Shown: positions 11,020-20,126 of the stretch, piece by piece
Numbering within the stretch: the first letter of the stretch is position 1
How the letters are laid out: each line of letters opens with the position of its first letter
IMG/VR virus record: IMGVR_UViG_3300022074_003403
Span: 1 to 35,535 of that record
Source of the DNA: a virus
Lineage: Duplodnaviria; Caudoviricetes
Strand: one strand, 5' to 3'
DNA: 35,535 bases
Translations under genes and position numbers: made by a program
Notes under the pieces: model-generated
Told to the model about the DNA's origin: nothing
The model's database searches: none
What the model saw: only the letters and a program-made list of their open reading frames with translations

Positions 11020-13067
11020 GTTTTGCTTGAGAGAGGATGGCCCTTTGGAAATAAATCGGTGTCATGTTTACCACTTCTGAATCTTCCTGTTCTCAAAGCT
11101 CTAAGGTAGCTGTTCACTCTGGCCAAGGCCCACTGGTCTGGTCCTGTCACATTTGGTCTGACTGATTGAGGATTAGTTCTGTATGCACCTACACCTCTTC
11201 GGAAGACAGCTTCCAAAGTTCTTATGTTTGTTTTCTTAGTCTTGCTGTCACCATACTTTTCATTATGATCTTTTACTTTCTTCTCTAATGCTTTTCGCAT
11301 TGGACCAGAAATGCTTGGTGCTTTCTCTTCCAAGTCCTTTGTATCTATATGCTCTTCTAAGGCATACAGTTTATCTTCTTCAATCTCTATCTGCTTTCTT
11401 ACTTTCTTGGCCCAAGAGAAACCATCGTCACCACCCCACAAGGCCCAAGCGATTCTACCTGCGCTTGGATAACCCTCTTGGCCTTGTCTAAAACCTTGGC
11501 CTTGTTTATCCACTTCATGCCTAGAGAAAAAACTAAACATTCTCTTTACAGTAGATATAGATAGATTTTCTCTATTGACTAATTGGTTTGCTCTAGCAAC
11601 ACCAACAGAAGTCCCACCTCGGTTGAACTCCTTTCTCCAATCAAGTCCTCTCTGCGCTTCCTCAGCCATAGAAGCTGTAGGCTTAGTATCTATATCCTCA
11701 AGAGCTTTCTCTTCGGCTAGATAATATTCATCAACTTCCTTATCGTCTACATCGTCCTCATCGTCTGGCATGTATTCTTCAAGGTCTTGTTCTTGGACTG
11801 GATTCTCTGGCTCTGGGACGGACTCGTCTCCAAGAGGGAATAGGGTAGCAGGTACTAGTAAATCGTCAGCACCTTTCTTTGGCTCTAAGCCTATGGCAGC
11901 TCTTGCTTCATTTCTTGACATGATTCCCTGCGCTACTGCAGAGGTCACATTCTCATATATTCTTTTTCTTCTTTCTGACAAAGCAGGTATGGCGTCAATG
12001 TCAAACTCAAGAGTAAGTCTGTCATCAAACATAGGTATAAGCCACTCATTTAAGTCAGAAGCGATTTTTTTAAGGAAGGGTATGATAGTCTCTTCATACA
12101 ATGCAAGACGAGCTTCTGCAACATTTGCGTAAGTCTGAGCGTCTGGCACTCCAACTAACTGGGACGGAACTCCGAAGCAAAGCGCAATATCACTCGCACT
12201 CATGTGTTTTAAATTGAGGAAATCCATGTCCTTCGGAGACAGTCCCATTTCTTTCCAATCAAAATCGCCTTCTAATAATAGAGGTCTACCTGCATTGTTT
12301 GACCCACTGAATCTATTGTTGATGTCTGTTAGTAGCTGTTGTCTTTGGGAATCGGATAAGTTTATTGAAAAGCCTTGCTCGTCTCTTGGTTTAAATATGA
12401 CAGCTCCACTTGGTCTTGCTCCATTACTTAATAGATTTACATTATGAGTACTGGCCATATTGAACTGATCTACTTCTACTGCAGCAGCAGCTAATGGACT
12501 GCAGCCGTAGTAATCATCAAGAGGTGACCAGAGCTTTATATGTTTCAATTCAGAGAATCCGTTTTCTTGATCTACTTCATAACTTGCTTCTAATCTACCA
12601 CCGACAGTGTAGTCATATCTACTTGGTATAGCTTTACCACTTCCTTTTATAGTAATCCTATCTGGTCTCAAAAGATGTAGCTCTCTTGGCGTCCCTAATG
12701 AGCCACCTGCTTTTAGTACATAAGCATTACCAGAAAGAAGTAAGAAGCCAAAGAGACTGCTCATGAACTCATAGTAAGATTCAAGAGGATTAGGCCTGTC
12801 TAGCAGGTCCATCAAAGGATGATTCTCAAGAGGAGTGTCACCTGCTTTGATTTTATATGGAACAGCAGCAGCACCTTTGGCTATTTCATTAACACATTTA
12901 TAGACTATTGGATTTTGTAGGTAGCCTTCTTTGGCTAGGTCTTGGTACTTGTAATCTTTGCCACTAGAGTTTACGCCAAAGTAGCCAAGCATATTTGTAT
13001 TACCCATTTGCTTTTCTTCTTGATTCAATCCGAAGAGTCGCTGAAAAAATGTTCTTTCTTTTGCCAT
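11016..13067 (-). CDS. HK97-family portal protein with ~230-aa C-terminal extension
   Basis: LLSGNAY, LHLLRPDR, YYGCSPL, NGARPSG, IALCFGVP, YANVAEA, RNEARA motifs; then an acidic linker and two extra domains. Confidence 0.95.
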   Translation of the reverse strand: MAKERTFFQRLFGLNQEEKQMGNTNMLGYFGVNSSGKDYKYQDLAKEGYLQNPIVYKCVNEIAKGAAAVPYKIKAGDTPLENHPLMDLLDRPNPLESYYEFMSSLFGFLLLSGNAYVLKAGGSLGTPRELHLLRPDRITIKGSGKAIPSRYDYTVGGRLEASYEVDQENGFSELKHIKLWSPLDDYYGCSPLAAAAVEVDQFNMASTHNVNLLSNGARPSGAVIFKPRDEQGFSINLSDSQRQQLLTDINNRFSGSNNAGRPLLLEGDFDWKEMGLSPKDMDFLNLKHMSASDIALCFGVPSQLVGVPDAQTYANVAEARLALYEETIIPFLKKIASDLNEWLIPMFDDRLTLEFDIDAIPALSERRKRIYENVTSAVAQGIMSRNEARAAIGLEPKKGADDLLVPATLFPLGDESVPEPENPVQEQDLEEYMPDDEDDVDDKEVDEYYLAEEKALEDIDTKPTASMAEEAQRGLDWRKEFNRGGTSVGVARANQLVNRENLSISTVKRMFSFFSRHEVDKQGQGFRQGQEGYPSAGRIAWALWGGDDGFSWAKKVRKQIEIEEDKLYALEEHIDTKDLEEKAPSISGPMRKALEKKVKDHNEKYGDSKTKKTNIRTLEAVFRRGVGAYRTNPQSVRPNVTGPDQWALARVNSYLRALRTGRFRSGKHDTDLFPKGHPLSSKT

Positions 13068-14374
13068 TATGTAATTCTCCAGTTTACATTACCACGAGAC
13101 TTGCTTAATTCAAACAAGCTCCATACCAAAGCGTCCAGTCTATCTGGACTTGCTTCTTTTGATAGGCCAGTGTAAGTACACATTTGAGCTTCTAAATCCT
13201 CGTAGAATCCAATATGGTGACACCTACCCTGCTCGTACAAAGCAGCTATCGGTTCGGCTCGTAAAATCTTCCCTCGTGTAGCTCTGACTGCTCTGTATGG
13301 AACTGTATCATCTATAGTCCTCAGCAGCCTTTCTACTAGGTCACCACCATTGTTCACCTCTGCGACAATCCTATCTGCTTCCCATTCATAGAAAGCTCTT
13401 ACAGCTATTCTACACCATTTGTCTGGACTATGTCTCCCACTAAGGTCCTCAAGTATATAGAAGTGTCCTTGGTTATCTTTACCTGCAACTACAATGCCAG
13501 TCTCGTCAGCCTTCTCTCCACTGGTCACTGCAGGGTCAATACCTACCACAATTTGTTGCAGCTCTATATCTGTACCCTCTGGTAATCTTTGTGACTCTAT
13601 CATATTGACATTCCATAAAGCGCCTTCAACATCTTCTAGCACTTCTGCATAAAGTTCTTGTCGGCCTATAGATGTACCCTCATATCTTTCCAACATCATG
13701 GCCAAAGCAGACTCAGCTAAGTTCTCTTGATTCTCAAAGGTGTTGCCTTTGGTTATAGCAACATCTTTTCTTGTGACAAGTTCTTTGATTAGCTTGATAG
13801 GTTTAGGTGTTGTAGTGATTACACATTGAGGTCTGTCACCAAGTCTAAGGCCAAACATGATCTGGTCAAATACTTCTTGTGGGTCTTGCCATGCACATAA
13901 TTCATCGGCCCAAACTCTATGATATTGTGGACCTCTTAATCTGTCTGGTTTGATAGCAGCAAAGCCAACAATCTTTGACCCATTGGCCAATCTAATTTCT
14001 TGTGTTGTCTGAGAGTATCCATTTGTCCCATAGTTTTTGTCATAACAATCTTCTGGAATAATAGATAGAAGTCCAGAGTCGCCACCAAAACAAACTCTTC
14101 TTAGGTCACCGAAAGTAGGAGCTACTACTGCGCATATAGTATTTGGATTCTTCAAAGCATAGAGAGCTATGTCTTGCGCTCCAGTCCGTGTTTTTCCCCA
14201 CCCTCTACCTGCGAGTATAAGCCAGATAAAATGATCTGACATCGGCTGTAGCTGTTTCTCTCTTGCTGTCTTTAGCCAGTTAGTGTAGAGATTCCATGTC
14301 GCCAGTTCGCTTGGCGTCTGCAATCTCGTCCAAGAGTTCCATAGCTTCTTTGAAAGCTGTTGTGTCTTTGACAT
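13067..14374 (-). CDS. terL: Terminase large subunit
   Basis: Walker A AGRGWGKT, Walker B WADE, TTTP coupling motif, nuclease GIDPA...DETGI and PDRLDALVW. Start uncertain because of overlap with the upstream gene. Confidence 0.95.
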   Translation of the reverse strand: MSKTQQLSKKLWNSWTRLQTPSELATWNLYTNWLKTAREKQLQPMSDHFIWLILAGRGWGKTRTGAQDIALYALKNPNTICAVVAPTFGDLRRVCFGGDSGLLSIIPEDCYDKNYGTNGYSQTTQEIRLANGSKIVGFAAIKPDRLRGPQYHRVWADELCAWQDPQEVFDQIMFGLRLGDRPQCVITTTPKPIKLIKELVTRKDVAITKGNTFENQENLAESALAMMLERYEGTSIGRQELYAEVLEDVEGALWNVNMIESQRLPEGTDIELQQIVVGIDPAVTSGEKADETGIVVAGKDNQGHFYILEDLSGRHSPDKWCRIAVRAFYEWEADRIVAEVNNGGDLVERLLRTIDDTVPYRAVRATRGKILRAEPIAALYEQGRCHHIGFYEDLEAQMCTYTGLSKEASPDRLDALVWSLFELSKSRGNVNWRIT

Positions 14375-14828
14375 TTGCGTTTAGGTTCATATTGTCAGTC
14401 GCTTCACCAAGGGCCAGTTTTGCTACTCGCTGTACCTTATATGTTGCTTCTGCAATAGTAGATAATAAATTTGGTGTGATACTTTTTCTTTCTTCGCTTT
14501 CTTTTATAAGACTGGCAATCTGTCTTAGTAAAGTTTTTGATATGTCTAATGTGTCTGAATCAAACTTGACACTGTCTTGAACTAATACTTCTCTTCTCTT
14601 TTCATCAAGCTCTGATAGGTATTCGGCTTGGAACTGATCTTGTTGTATTTTCCAGTCTTCATTCCTTGCATGTCTATAGAGAGTAGATTGGCCTACTGAG
14701 AATTGTTTTGCTAGTTCTGCAAGAGAGTACATGACCCTCTCACCCTGCTCGTTATCAAACCCTTGGACATATAGGTTTCTGATTTTCTCCTTTAGAGTCT
14801 TGTCTAGTTTGGTCACTTTTTTGTTCAT
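14280..14828 (-). CDS. Putative terminase small subunit
   Basis: N-terminal HTH (YSLAELAKQFSVGQSTLYRH), helical body, immediately upstream of terL. Confidence 0.75.
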   Translation of the reverse strand: MNKKVTKLDKTLKEKIRNLYVQGFDNEQGERVMYSLAELAKQFSVGQSTLYRHARNEDWKIQQDQFQAEYLSELDEKRREVLVQDSVKFDSDTLDISKTLLRQIASLIKESEERKSITPNLLSTIAEATYKVQRVAKLALGEATDNMNLNANVKDTTAFKEAMELLDEIADAKRTGDMESLH

Positions 14829-14847
14829 TATTTCTCAAGTTTTCTCA

Positions 14848-14876
14848 ATCATAATGGTTTGTAAACCAACTATCAA
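14848..14876 (-). promoter_or_regulatory. Sigma70-like promoter for the packaging/head genes, with operator copy
   Basis: Minus strand TTGATA-N17-TATGAT; TAGTT-GGTTTACA-AACCA at 14855-14872 fills the spacer. Confidence 0.65.
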
Positions 14877-16084
14877 GAAATCTGAGAAGGAACATTGTAG
14901 TCCTTAGTGACTACTCCATACTCTTTACTACCTCTAAAGTGAGCCTTTACCCAAGTCTTTTTACCTGTACTGTAGGTCCTTAAATGCTTTCTAACGCTAT
15001 GTAATGCCTTACCCTCTGTCTTACCATCACCTTGCACATTTCCGTGGCTCTCCTCGTACATTTTGATGTCCACTTCTATATGTGCGAAAGTAGGTTTGCG
15101 CCTATACTCAGACAGACTATGCTTCCTCATTGGTATATCCATCCACACATTACCTCTTCCTTTCTTTTCTTTCTTTTCTGCTATCTGCGAATATTGGATA
15201 TAGACCATAAAGGCTAACCATATTGATACGCAGCTTCCTCTAAAAGTTTCTGCTGCAGGATGATTATGTTCTGTCACATTAGACCAGAAGTTTGGTAGCA
15301 CTTCGCTGTCATACTTTACACCTATAGAGTTCTCTGGGTCTTTGTAAAAAAATATCCTTGTCTGAGATAAGTCAGTCTGAAATGCTTTCTGTTCTTTTGA
15401 CCAGACATTGAGATTAAAGTCTATGACTGTATGGAAAGCAGTGTCTCTATTTCTACCAGTTTCTTTCTCATATTGTTTTGCGTCTTCTTCATTTGCTGCT
15501 TCTGTCATTACTTCTGTCGCCAGTAAATTAAATATGAAGTCTGGTGTCTCATATTGCAGAAATGTTTTTGGATATGGACAATAGATTTTTATGTCTTGAA
15601 TACAGTCTCTTATTTCTTTCTCAGTAAGTTCTTCTTCTGGCTTCACATTCAAATAGAACTTTCCTGCTTGTGTAATATCATAAGATAGATTCTGCATGGC
15701 CTTTCTCATGAGTGTTGGTGGTATTGTAAAATTGACTGCATTATCTTTTTGGAACTGAGACATCTGATCTACTTTCAAAAATTCACCAGTGTCTTTGTCA
15801 TAGTATTCTGCAGTAGGGTCTGGATTTTTTGTTTGCTGTTTCATACCAGTAGCTACATGTGGTGGTATGGTAAATGTCTTGGCCCACTCTTTTGAAAACT
15901 CATTACCGAAGTTTGGATTATGTAAATCATGGTGTGACTGATAATCAAAATTCTTCTGAGGATTAAATGGACCATCTTCTGCAGATATAAATGGTTTCTC
16001 TTGTGCGTTAAAAGCAGCGTCAAAATGCTTAGTGTCTATGAGCTGATACCCATGTATCAATCTTTGCAGCACTATGTTATTCAT
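14873..16084 (-). CDS. Hypothetical phage protein with basic His-containing C-terminal motif
   Basis: 403 aa; ends HSVRKHLRTYSTGKKTWVKAHFRGSKEYGVVTKDY, a motif type recurring in uncharacterised phage proteins. Confidence 0.7.
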   Translation of the reverse strand: MNNIVLQRLIHGYQLIDTKHFDAAFNAQEKPFISAEDGPFNPQKNFDYQSHHDLHNPNFGNEFSKEWAKTFTIPPHVATGMKQQTKNPDPTAEYYDKDTGEFLKVDQMSQFQKDNAVNFTIPPTLMRKAMQNLSYDITQAGKFYLNVKPEEELTEKEIRDCIQDIKIYCPYPKTFLQYETPDFIFNLLATEVMTEAANEEDAKQYEKETGRNRDTAFHTVIDFNLNVWSKEQKAFQTDLSQTRIFFYKDPENSIGVKYDSEVLPNFWSNVTEHNHPAAETFRGSCVSIWLAFMVYIQYSQIAEKKEKKGRGNVWMDIPMRKHSLSEYRRKPTFAHIEVDIKMYEESHGNVQGDGKTEGKALHSVRKHLRTYSTGKKTWVKAHFRGSKEYGVVTKDYNVPSQIS

Positions 16085-16413
16085 GATACTAGGTTATTGG
16101 GTATGCCTTTCGGATACTTAAGAGCAGTCTTAAACATTTCTCTGTCATCGCCATTGAGATTATTAAGAATGTCAAAAAGACTATCGTGCATATTGATAAC
16201 TATACCCTTATTGGCCAAAGCGATTACAGCGTCTCTAACCATCGGTAAATTATCCAGAGAGCCTTCATTCACCTGCAGCCATTTCTGATAGTCTTGTCTA
16301 CACTCGTTGCACTTAGGTATGACTTCTTCATATCCATTCTCAACAGTGTAGCCATTTTCTTTCATAAGTTTTTTTATCCTTTCGCACTTTTTACAATTCA
16401 ATTTATCTTTCAT
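16081..16413 (-). CDS. Hypothetical protein with two CxxC motifs
   Basis: AGGAG RBS; CKKC and CNEC; ATGA coupling to the next gene. Confidence 0.7.
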   Translation of the reverse strand: MKDKLNCKKCERIKKLMKENGYTVENGYEEVIPKCNECRQDYQKWLQVNEGSLDNLPMVRDAVIALANKGIVINMHDSLFDILNNLNGDDREMFKTALKYPKGIPNNLVS

Positions 16414-16427
16414 TTTATTCTCCTATA

Positions 16428-16877
16428 TTAATAATCAAAATCATCAAAATGTATATGTCTAAAACATTCAATATAATCTATGTTGTCATTGGTATGATTA
16501 CATCCATAAAAAATATTGTTGGCAAGATCACGGACATCTTCTATGTGTTTGTATCCTTGTATATAAATATTTTTTATATTGTATTGAGTATGGTAGTCAT
16601 GTTTGATTGATCTGCTAAACTCTTGCATGTCTTTGTTGGTGTCAAAAAACTTGATCTGTTTTCTGTATGTTCTTTGCTGCAAGTCATCTATATTATCTTT
16701 TGAACTGGCGCTTTGAGTACACCAGATAATTGCATACCTTTCTTTTATGTAATCTAGGTACTCATTAAAAGTATTGATTCTGTCATCTACTGGCATAACT
16801 GGCTTGGGATAAGTTTCCCAGTAGCCAGTCATATCCTTGACAAACTTGTTAAGAATTAATTTTTTCTTATCATCCAT
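16428..16877 (-). CDS. Hypothetical protein (start revised to MDDKKK)
   Basis: The track start at 16952 overlaps the upstream gene by 83 nt; ATG at 16877 gives an 8-nt overlap and 149 aa. Confidence 0.6.
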   Translation of the reverse strand: MDDKKKLILNKFVKDMTGYWETYPKPVMPVDDRINTFNEYLDYIKERYAIIWCTQSASSKDNIDDLQQRTYRKQIKFFDTNKDMQEFSRSIKHDYHTQYNIKNIYIQGYKHIEDVRDLANNIFYGCNHTNDNIDYIECFRHIHFDDFDY

Positions 16878-17133
16878 ACAGCTCGTCCTGTATCTCCATA
16901 GCTTGGTGATACGCTTCCTCATCTTCGTAAATCTGTCCACCTCTGGATACATATTTACCTTGATACTCAGCTACAGCTAACTGCTCAGCTCTAGCTTTTT
17001 TGTCTTCCCAGTATTGAGTCACAATGTAATTGCAACCTCTCTCTCTTGGAAACTTCTTGCCGTTGATGACCACTTGATAGTGGTCACCATAGAAATCTGC
17101 TCCAATATATTTACTAACTATTTTCACGCTCAT
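16870..17133 (-). CDS. Hypothetical protein
   Basis: 87 aa, GGGAG RBS, packed between neighbours. Confidence 0.65.
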   Translation of the reverse strand: MSVKIVSKYIGADFYGDHYQVVINGKKFPRERGCNYIVTQYWEDKKARAEQLAVAEYQGKYVSRGGQIYEDEEAYHQAMEIQDELYG

Positions 17134-17470
17134 ACTCCCTTTTCATTTCAAGTACATTCCTAAAATTCTCTTTGTGCATTTCGTACTTTTTCTTTTGGTA
17201 TGGTGTCAGCTTCTCACCTCTGGCCATTTTAAGTTCATAGAACTCAGTCTCAGTAAGAAAATTACCATCCCTTTCCCACCACATTAGTCTAATCTTTAGC
17301 TGAGAAGTACTGACTTGAGTCTGTCCAAGTTCAGCCAAAGTAGAAATGATTTCTTTGATAGTCTCTTTACACTCTTCTATCCACTTCATTTTCATGTAGT
17401 GTTTATCAACAGACGAATCATAAAACATGTAATGTTCTTTTTCCGTCATACATTCATATATGTCTTTCAT
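17114..17470 (-). CDS. Hypothetical protein (start revised to MKDIYE)
   Basis: AAGGAG 5 nt before ATG 17470; promoter just upstream. Confidence 0.7.
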   Translation of the reverse strand: MKDIYECMTEKEHYMFYDSSVDKHYMKMKWIEECKETIKEIISTLAELGQTQVSTSQLKIRLMWWERDGNFLTETEFYELKMARGEKLTPYQKKKYEMHKENFRNVLEMKREYERENS

Positions 17471-17504
17471 GTTATCTCCTTTATTTATATTTGACATACT
17501 AGTT

Positions 17505-17535
17505 ATTATACACACCCTAGTTAAAATAACAACTA
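17505..17535 (-). promoter_or_regulatory. Sigma70-like promoter with perfect operator
   Basis: Minus strand TTGTTA-N16-TATAAT; TAGTT-N8-AACTA at 17518-17535 overlaps the -35. Confidence 0.75.
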
Positions 17536-17540
17536 TTAAT

Positions 17541-17705
17541 TTACTTTATTTCATCGTAGCAAAGATCAATCATTTTCTTTATAAGCTCACCATTCTTGAC
17601 CATGTAATATTTTCTAAGAGCCGTCAGCTTTTTGTTTGTCTCTGGGTCAATCCTAAACTGGACTGTCTGAGTATTTGGTTTCTTGTTTTCAAAATGTAGT
17701 TTCAT
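17541..17705 (-). CDS. Small ribbon-helix-helix-like DNA-binding protein (54 aa)
   Basis: Not in the track. AGGAG RBS; MKLHFENKKPNTQTVQFRIDPETNKKLTALRKYYMVKNGELIKKMIDLCYDEIK has the alternating strand plus two-helix RHH pattern. Confidence 0.65.
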   Translation of the reverse strand: MKLHFENKKPNTQTVQFRIDPETNKKLTALRKYYMVKNGELIKKMIDLCYDEIK

Positions 17706-17713
17706 AGTTTCTC

Positions 17714-19423
17714 CTAGTCTTTATAAATATCTTTGTAAGAAAAAGTCGGTTCTCCTCGTTCTTCAAACACCCTCTTTGAAGCGTTGTAATAAAATCTTGC
17801 TTCACCAATCTGGCCATACAAACCCTGCTCTCTGATCTTGCGAGTAAGTACTTGTATAGAGTCATCCTCAAACATTCTATGTATTGATAGAATACAGTCG
17901 CTCTGATTGTTCCAATGACTTGCGCCAGAAATATCATAGGCCGTGACTGGGTCAAACTCTCCTTTATTATTTTTTTGCTGCTTTGTTGGATGGGCCACTA
18001 TCCAAACCACTATGTCATGCACACGAGCAAACCTTTTGCACTTTGATATAAAGTCTCGGATATGCTCATCCTCACGCTTAGAAGCGTCCCTAGAAGCGCT
18101 TACTTCATTGTAAGGGTCTATCACTAGGCCATCGCAGCCATACTTCAATACAGAGCTTTTAGCGACATCTAAAATGTAATCTATATCTGGAACACTCTCT
18201 GGTGTTTCAATGAAATAAAATCTTTCATTCAACCAATCAAGCGCAGCTTGAAGTTCGTCTCTTGACATTCTATTGTTAAAGCCTTCGTCAAAAGATTTTT
18301 GTAGGTGCATTTGCACCAACCTTCTAAGGTGCATAGCCGTAGAATGTTCTGGAGAATATACTGCATATCTCCAATTATGTTCCTTGCTAAGTTTTAATAA
18401 TATCTGATCTAGCCAAGATGACTTACCATGATTTGGAATACCAGTGATAACATGAAATGTCCCTCGCAAGACTTTGTAGATTTTATCTAGCTCGTCATAT
18501 CCAATCTCTACTGGCTTTGCATAATTGCCATTGTAAAGATCAATCACTGCTCCATAAAACTCATTGGCACTATAAAGTCCATCCACTGGATATGGCTTGG
18601 CAGTCTCAATCATATTCTTTAATCTCATAGGACCATGCTTTACAAGGACCTCATTTGCGTCCTTACAGTCGCTAGGATATTCAACAAACCAACACATATC
18701 CTTTCCGAATCTATGCAGCAGCTCAGCATGAAGAGCTTGTCCTGCTTCATCATTATCTGTAAATAGGATTACTTTTTTAGCCTTGAGTGGACAGTTTTCT
18801 AAGGCTGTAAACCTTGCGTCTTTCTCATTAAACTTTGCTTCTTTTGGCGCTCCGTCTGGTAGAGATACAGCATTTTCATACCCTACCTCTATCAGACTAA
18901 GAACATCCATTTCTCCTTCCACAAAAATGATAGTGTCTTGGTCATAGGCCAAGTCATAATTATAGAGAGTTCGTTTTGCGTTAGGAGTCTGCTTGAATTT
19001 TTTTGATTTACTTCTGTATTTAATATTGACTGTTGCCTTATTCTCATCCTTATATGGAAGAGCTATCCAAACTTCTTGGTCAATATATATATCTTTTTTT
19101 TCTACTGTCTCTTTTGATATTCCTCTGTTGCTAAACCACGAGTATAAAGTCTCTGGCTTCTTAGGATTTTGTGGAGTTTTTGGTGCAATAAAAACTTTCT
19201 TTGGCCGTGCTACAAAATTATGAGTCTTGCCACGCATGGTAGTTCCTGTTCTTCCACAATGATGACAATTCCAAACTGCATGATCTGATTGAATAGTGAC
19301 ACTCAATGGATTATCTTTTGAGTCATGAGGTGGCTGACATGCACTGCATTTTGTTTTGTAGCTACCCTCACTGTAGCTTTTAAGTTTTATATTCTCATTA
19401 TATAAAATATCTATCATATTCAT
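17714..19423 (-). CDS. Bifunctional primase-helicase (T7 gp4 / Twinkle-like)
   Basis: Zn-binding CSAC...CHHC, TOPRIM FVEGEMD...DND...KDANE, SF4 helicase TGIPNHGKS, LVIDPYN, VAHP, YDISGAS. Confidence 0.93.
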   Translation of the reverse strand: MNMIDILYNENIKLKSYSEGSYKTKCSACQPPHDSKDNPLSVTIQSDHAVWNCHHCGRTGTTMRGKTHNFVARPKKVFIAPKTPQNPKKPETLYSWFSNRGISKETVEKKDIYIDQEVWIALPYKDENKATVNIKYRSKSKKFKQTPNAKRTLYNYDLAYDQDTIIFVEGEMDVLSLIEVGYENAVSLPDGAPKEAKFNEKDARFTALENCPLKAKKVILFTDNDEAGQALHAELLHRFGKDMCWFVEYPSDCKDANEVLVKHGPMRLKNMIETAKPYPVDGLYSANEFYGAVIDLYNGNYAKPVEIGYDELDKIYKVLRGTFHVITGIPNHGKSSWLDQILLKLSKEHNWRYAVYSPEHSTAMHLRRLVQMHLQKSFDEGFNNRMSRDELQAALDWLNERFYFIETPESVPDIDYILDVAKSSVLKYGCDGLVIDPYNEVSASRDASKREDEHIRDFISKCKRFARVHDIVVWIVAHPTKQQKNNKGEFDPVTAYDISGASHWNNQSDCILSIHRMFEDDSIQVLTRKIREQGLYGQIGEARFYYNASKRVFEERGEPTFSYKDIYKD

Positions 19424-19432
19424 TTTATTCTC

Positions 19433-20017
19433 CTATCCTTGTATCCATGACTTGGATTTTTTATTTATTAATTTTGGTTTCTTTATCTCGTCATACAGTC
19501 TTTGGTTTAGCCAAGTTGTAGGATGTTTGATAAAGCACTCCTCAGTGTTCTGTTGTTCTAATGCAAACCACTTAGCTTTCTGGACTAATATCTTTGGGTC
19601 TACTCTTCTGGATTCTTTCAAAAATGATTTGGCTGCAGGATACTTTCCAACCTTCCGTGGATAACTCTTCCAGAACTCATTGAACTCTGGCCCATATATA
19701 TCTTTAGTTTCTACTTTAGTATTAGAGGAAGTGGATGTCCTACCTTTTTGGACCTCTGAGTCCATACATAGATAATATCTGTTTGAAGTACCTCTTCTCT
19801 TCTCAACAGTTATCAACCCTTTGTCCACAAGTTTTGTGAGTATGCGTCTGACTTGCCTGTCAGAGATTCTTGCTTTTTGACCTAGCCATTTTTCACTTGG
19901 ATAGGCGCTCTGATTTTCGTCTGCGTAGTTGGATAATAAAAAAAGAATTGCAACCTCACTCGGCATGTCACAATTCTCTGCGTTTTCAAGACACCAATTT
20001 AATCCCTGTATGCTCAT
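19433..20017 (-). CDS. Phage replication initiator / replisome organiser (wHTH)
   Basis: N-terminal LSNYAD...AYPS...ISDRQVRRIL..L..KGLI; C-terminal FNEFWKSYPRKVGK...HPTTWLNQ. Confidence 0.85.
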   Translation of the reverse strand: MSIQGLNWCLENAENCDMPSEVAILFLLSNYADENQSAYPSEKWLGQKARISDRQVRRILTKLVDKGLITVEKRRGTSNRYYLCMDSEVQKGRTSTSSNTKVETKDIYGPEFNEFWKSYPRKVGKYPAAKSFLKESRRVDPKILVQKAKWFALEQQNTEECFIKHPTTWLNQRLYDEIKKPKLINKKSKSWIQG

Positions 20018-20053
20018 GTAATCTCCAATATAATTTAATAATACTTTTTTGTC

Positions 20054-20098
20054 TAGTTCCTATTGCAACCATATCATAAATAGTTATAATAACAACAC
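20054..20098 (+). promoter_or_regulatory. Divergent control region: rightward sigma70-like promoter with two operator copies
   Basis: TTGCAA(20063)-N16-TATAAT(20085); TAGTT-N8-AACCA at 20054-20071 and TAGTT-N8-AACAC at 20081-20098. Confidence 0.75.
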
Positions 20099-20126
20099 TA
20101 TAACTTGAAAATAAATAGGAGATAAA

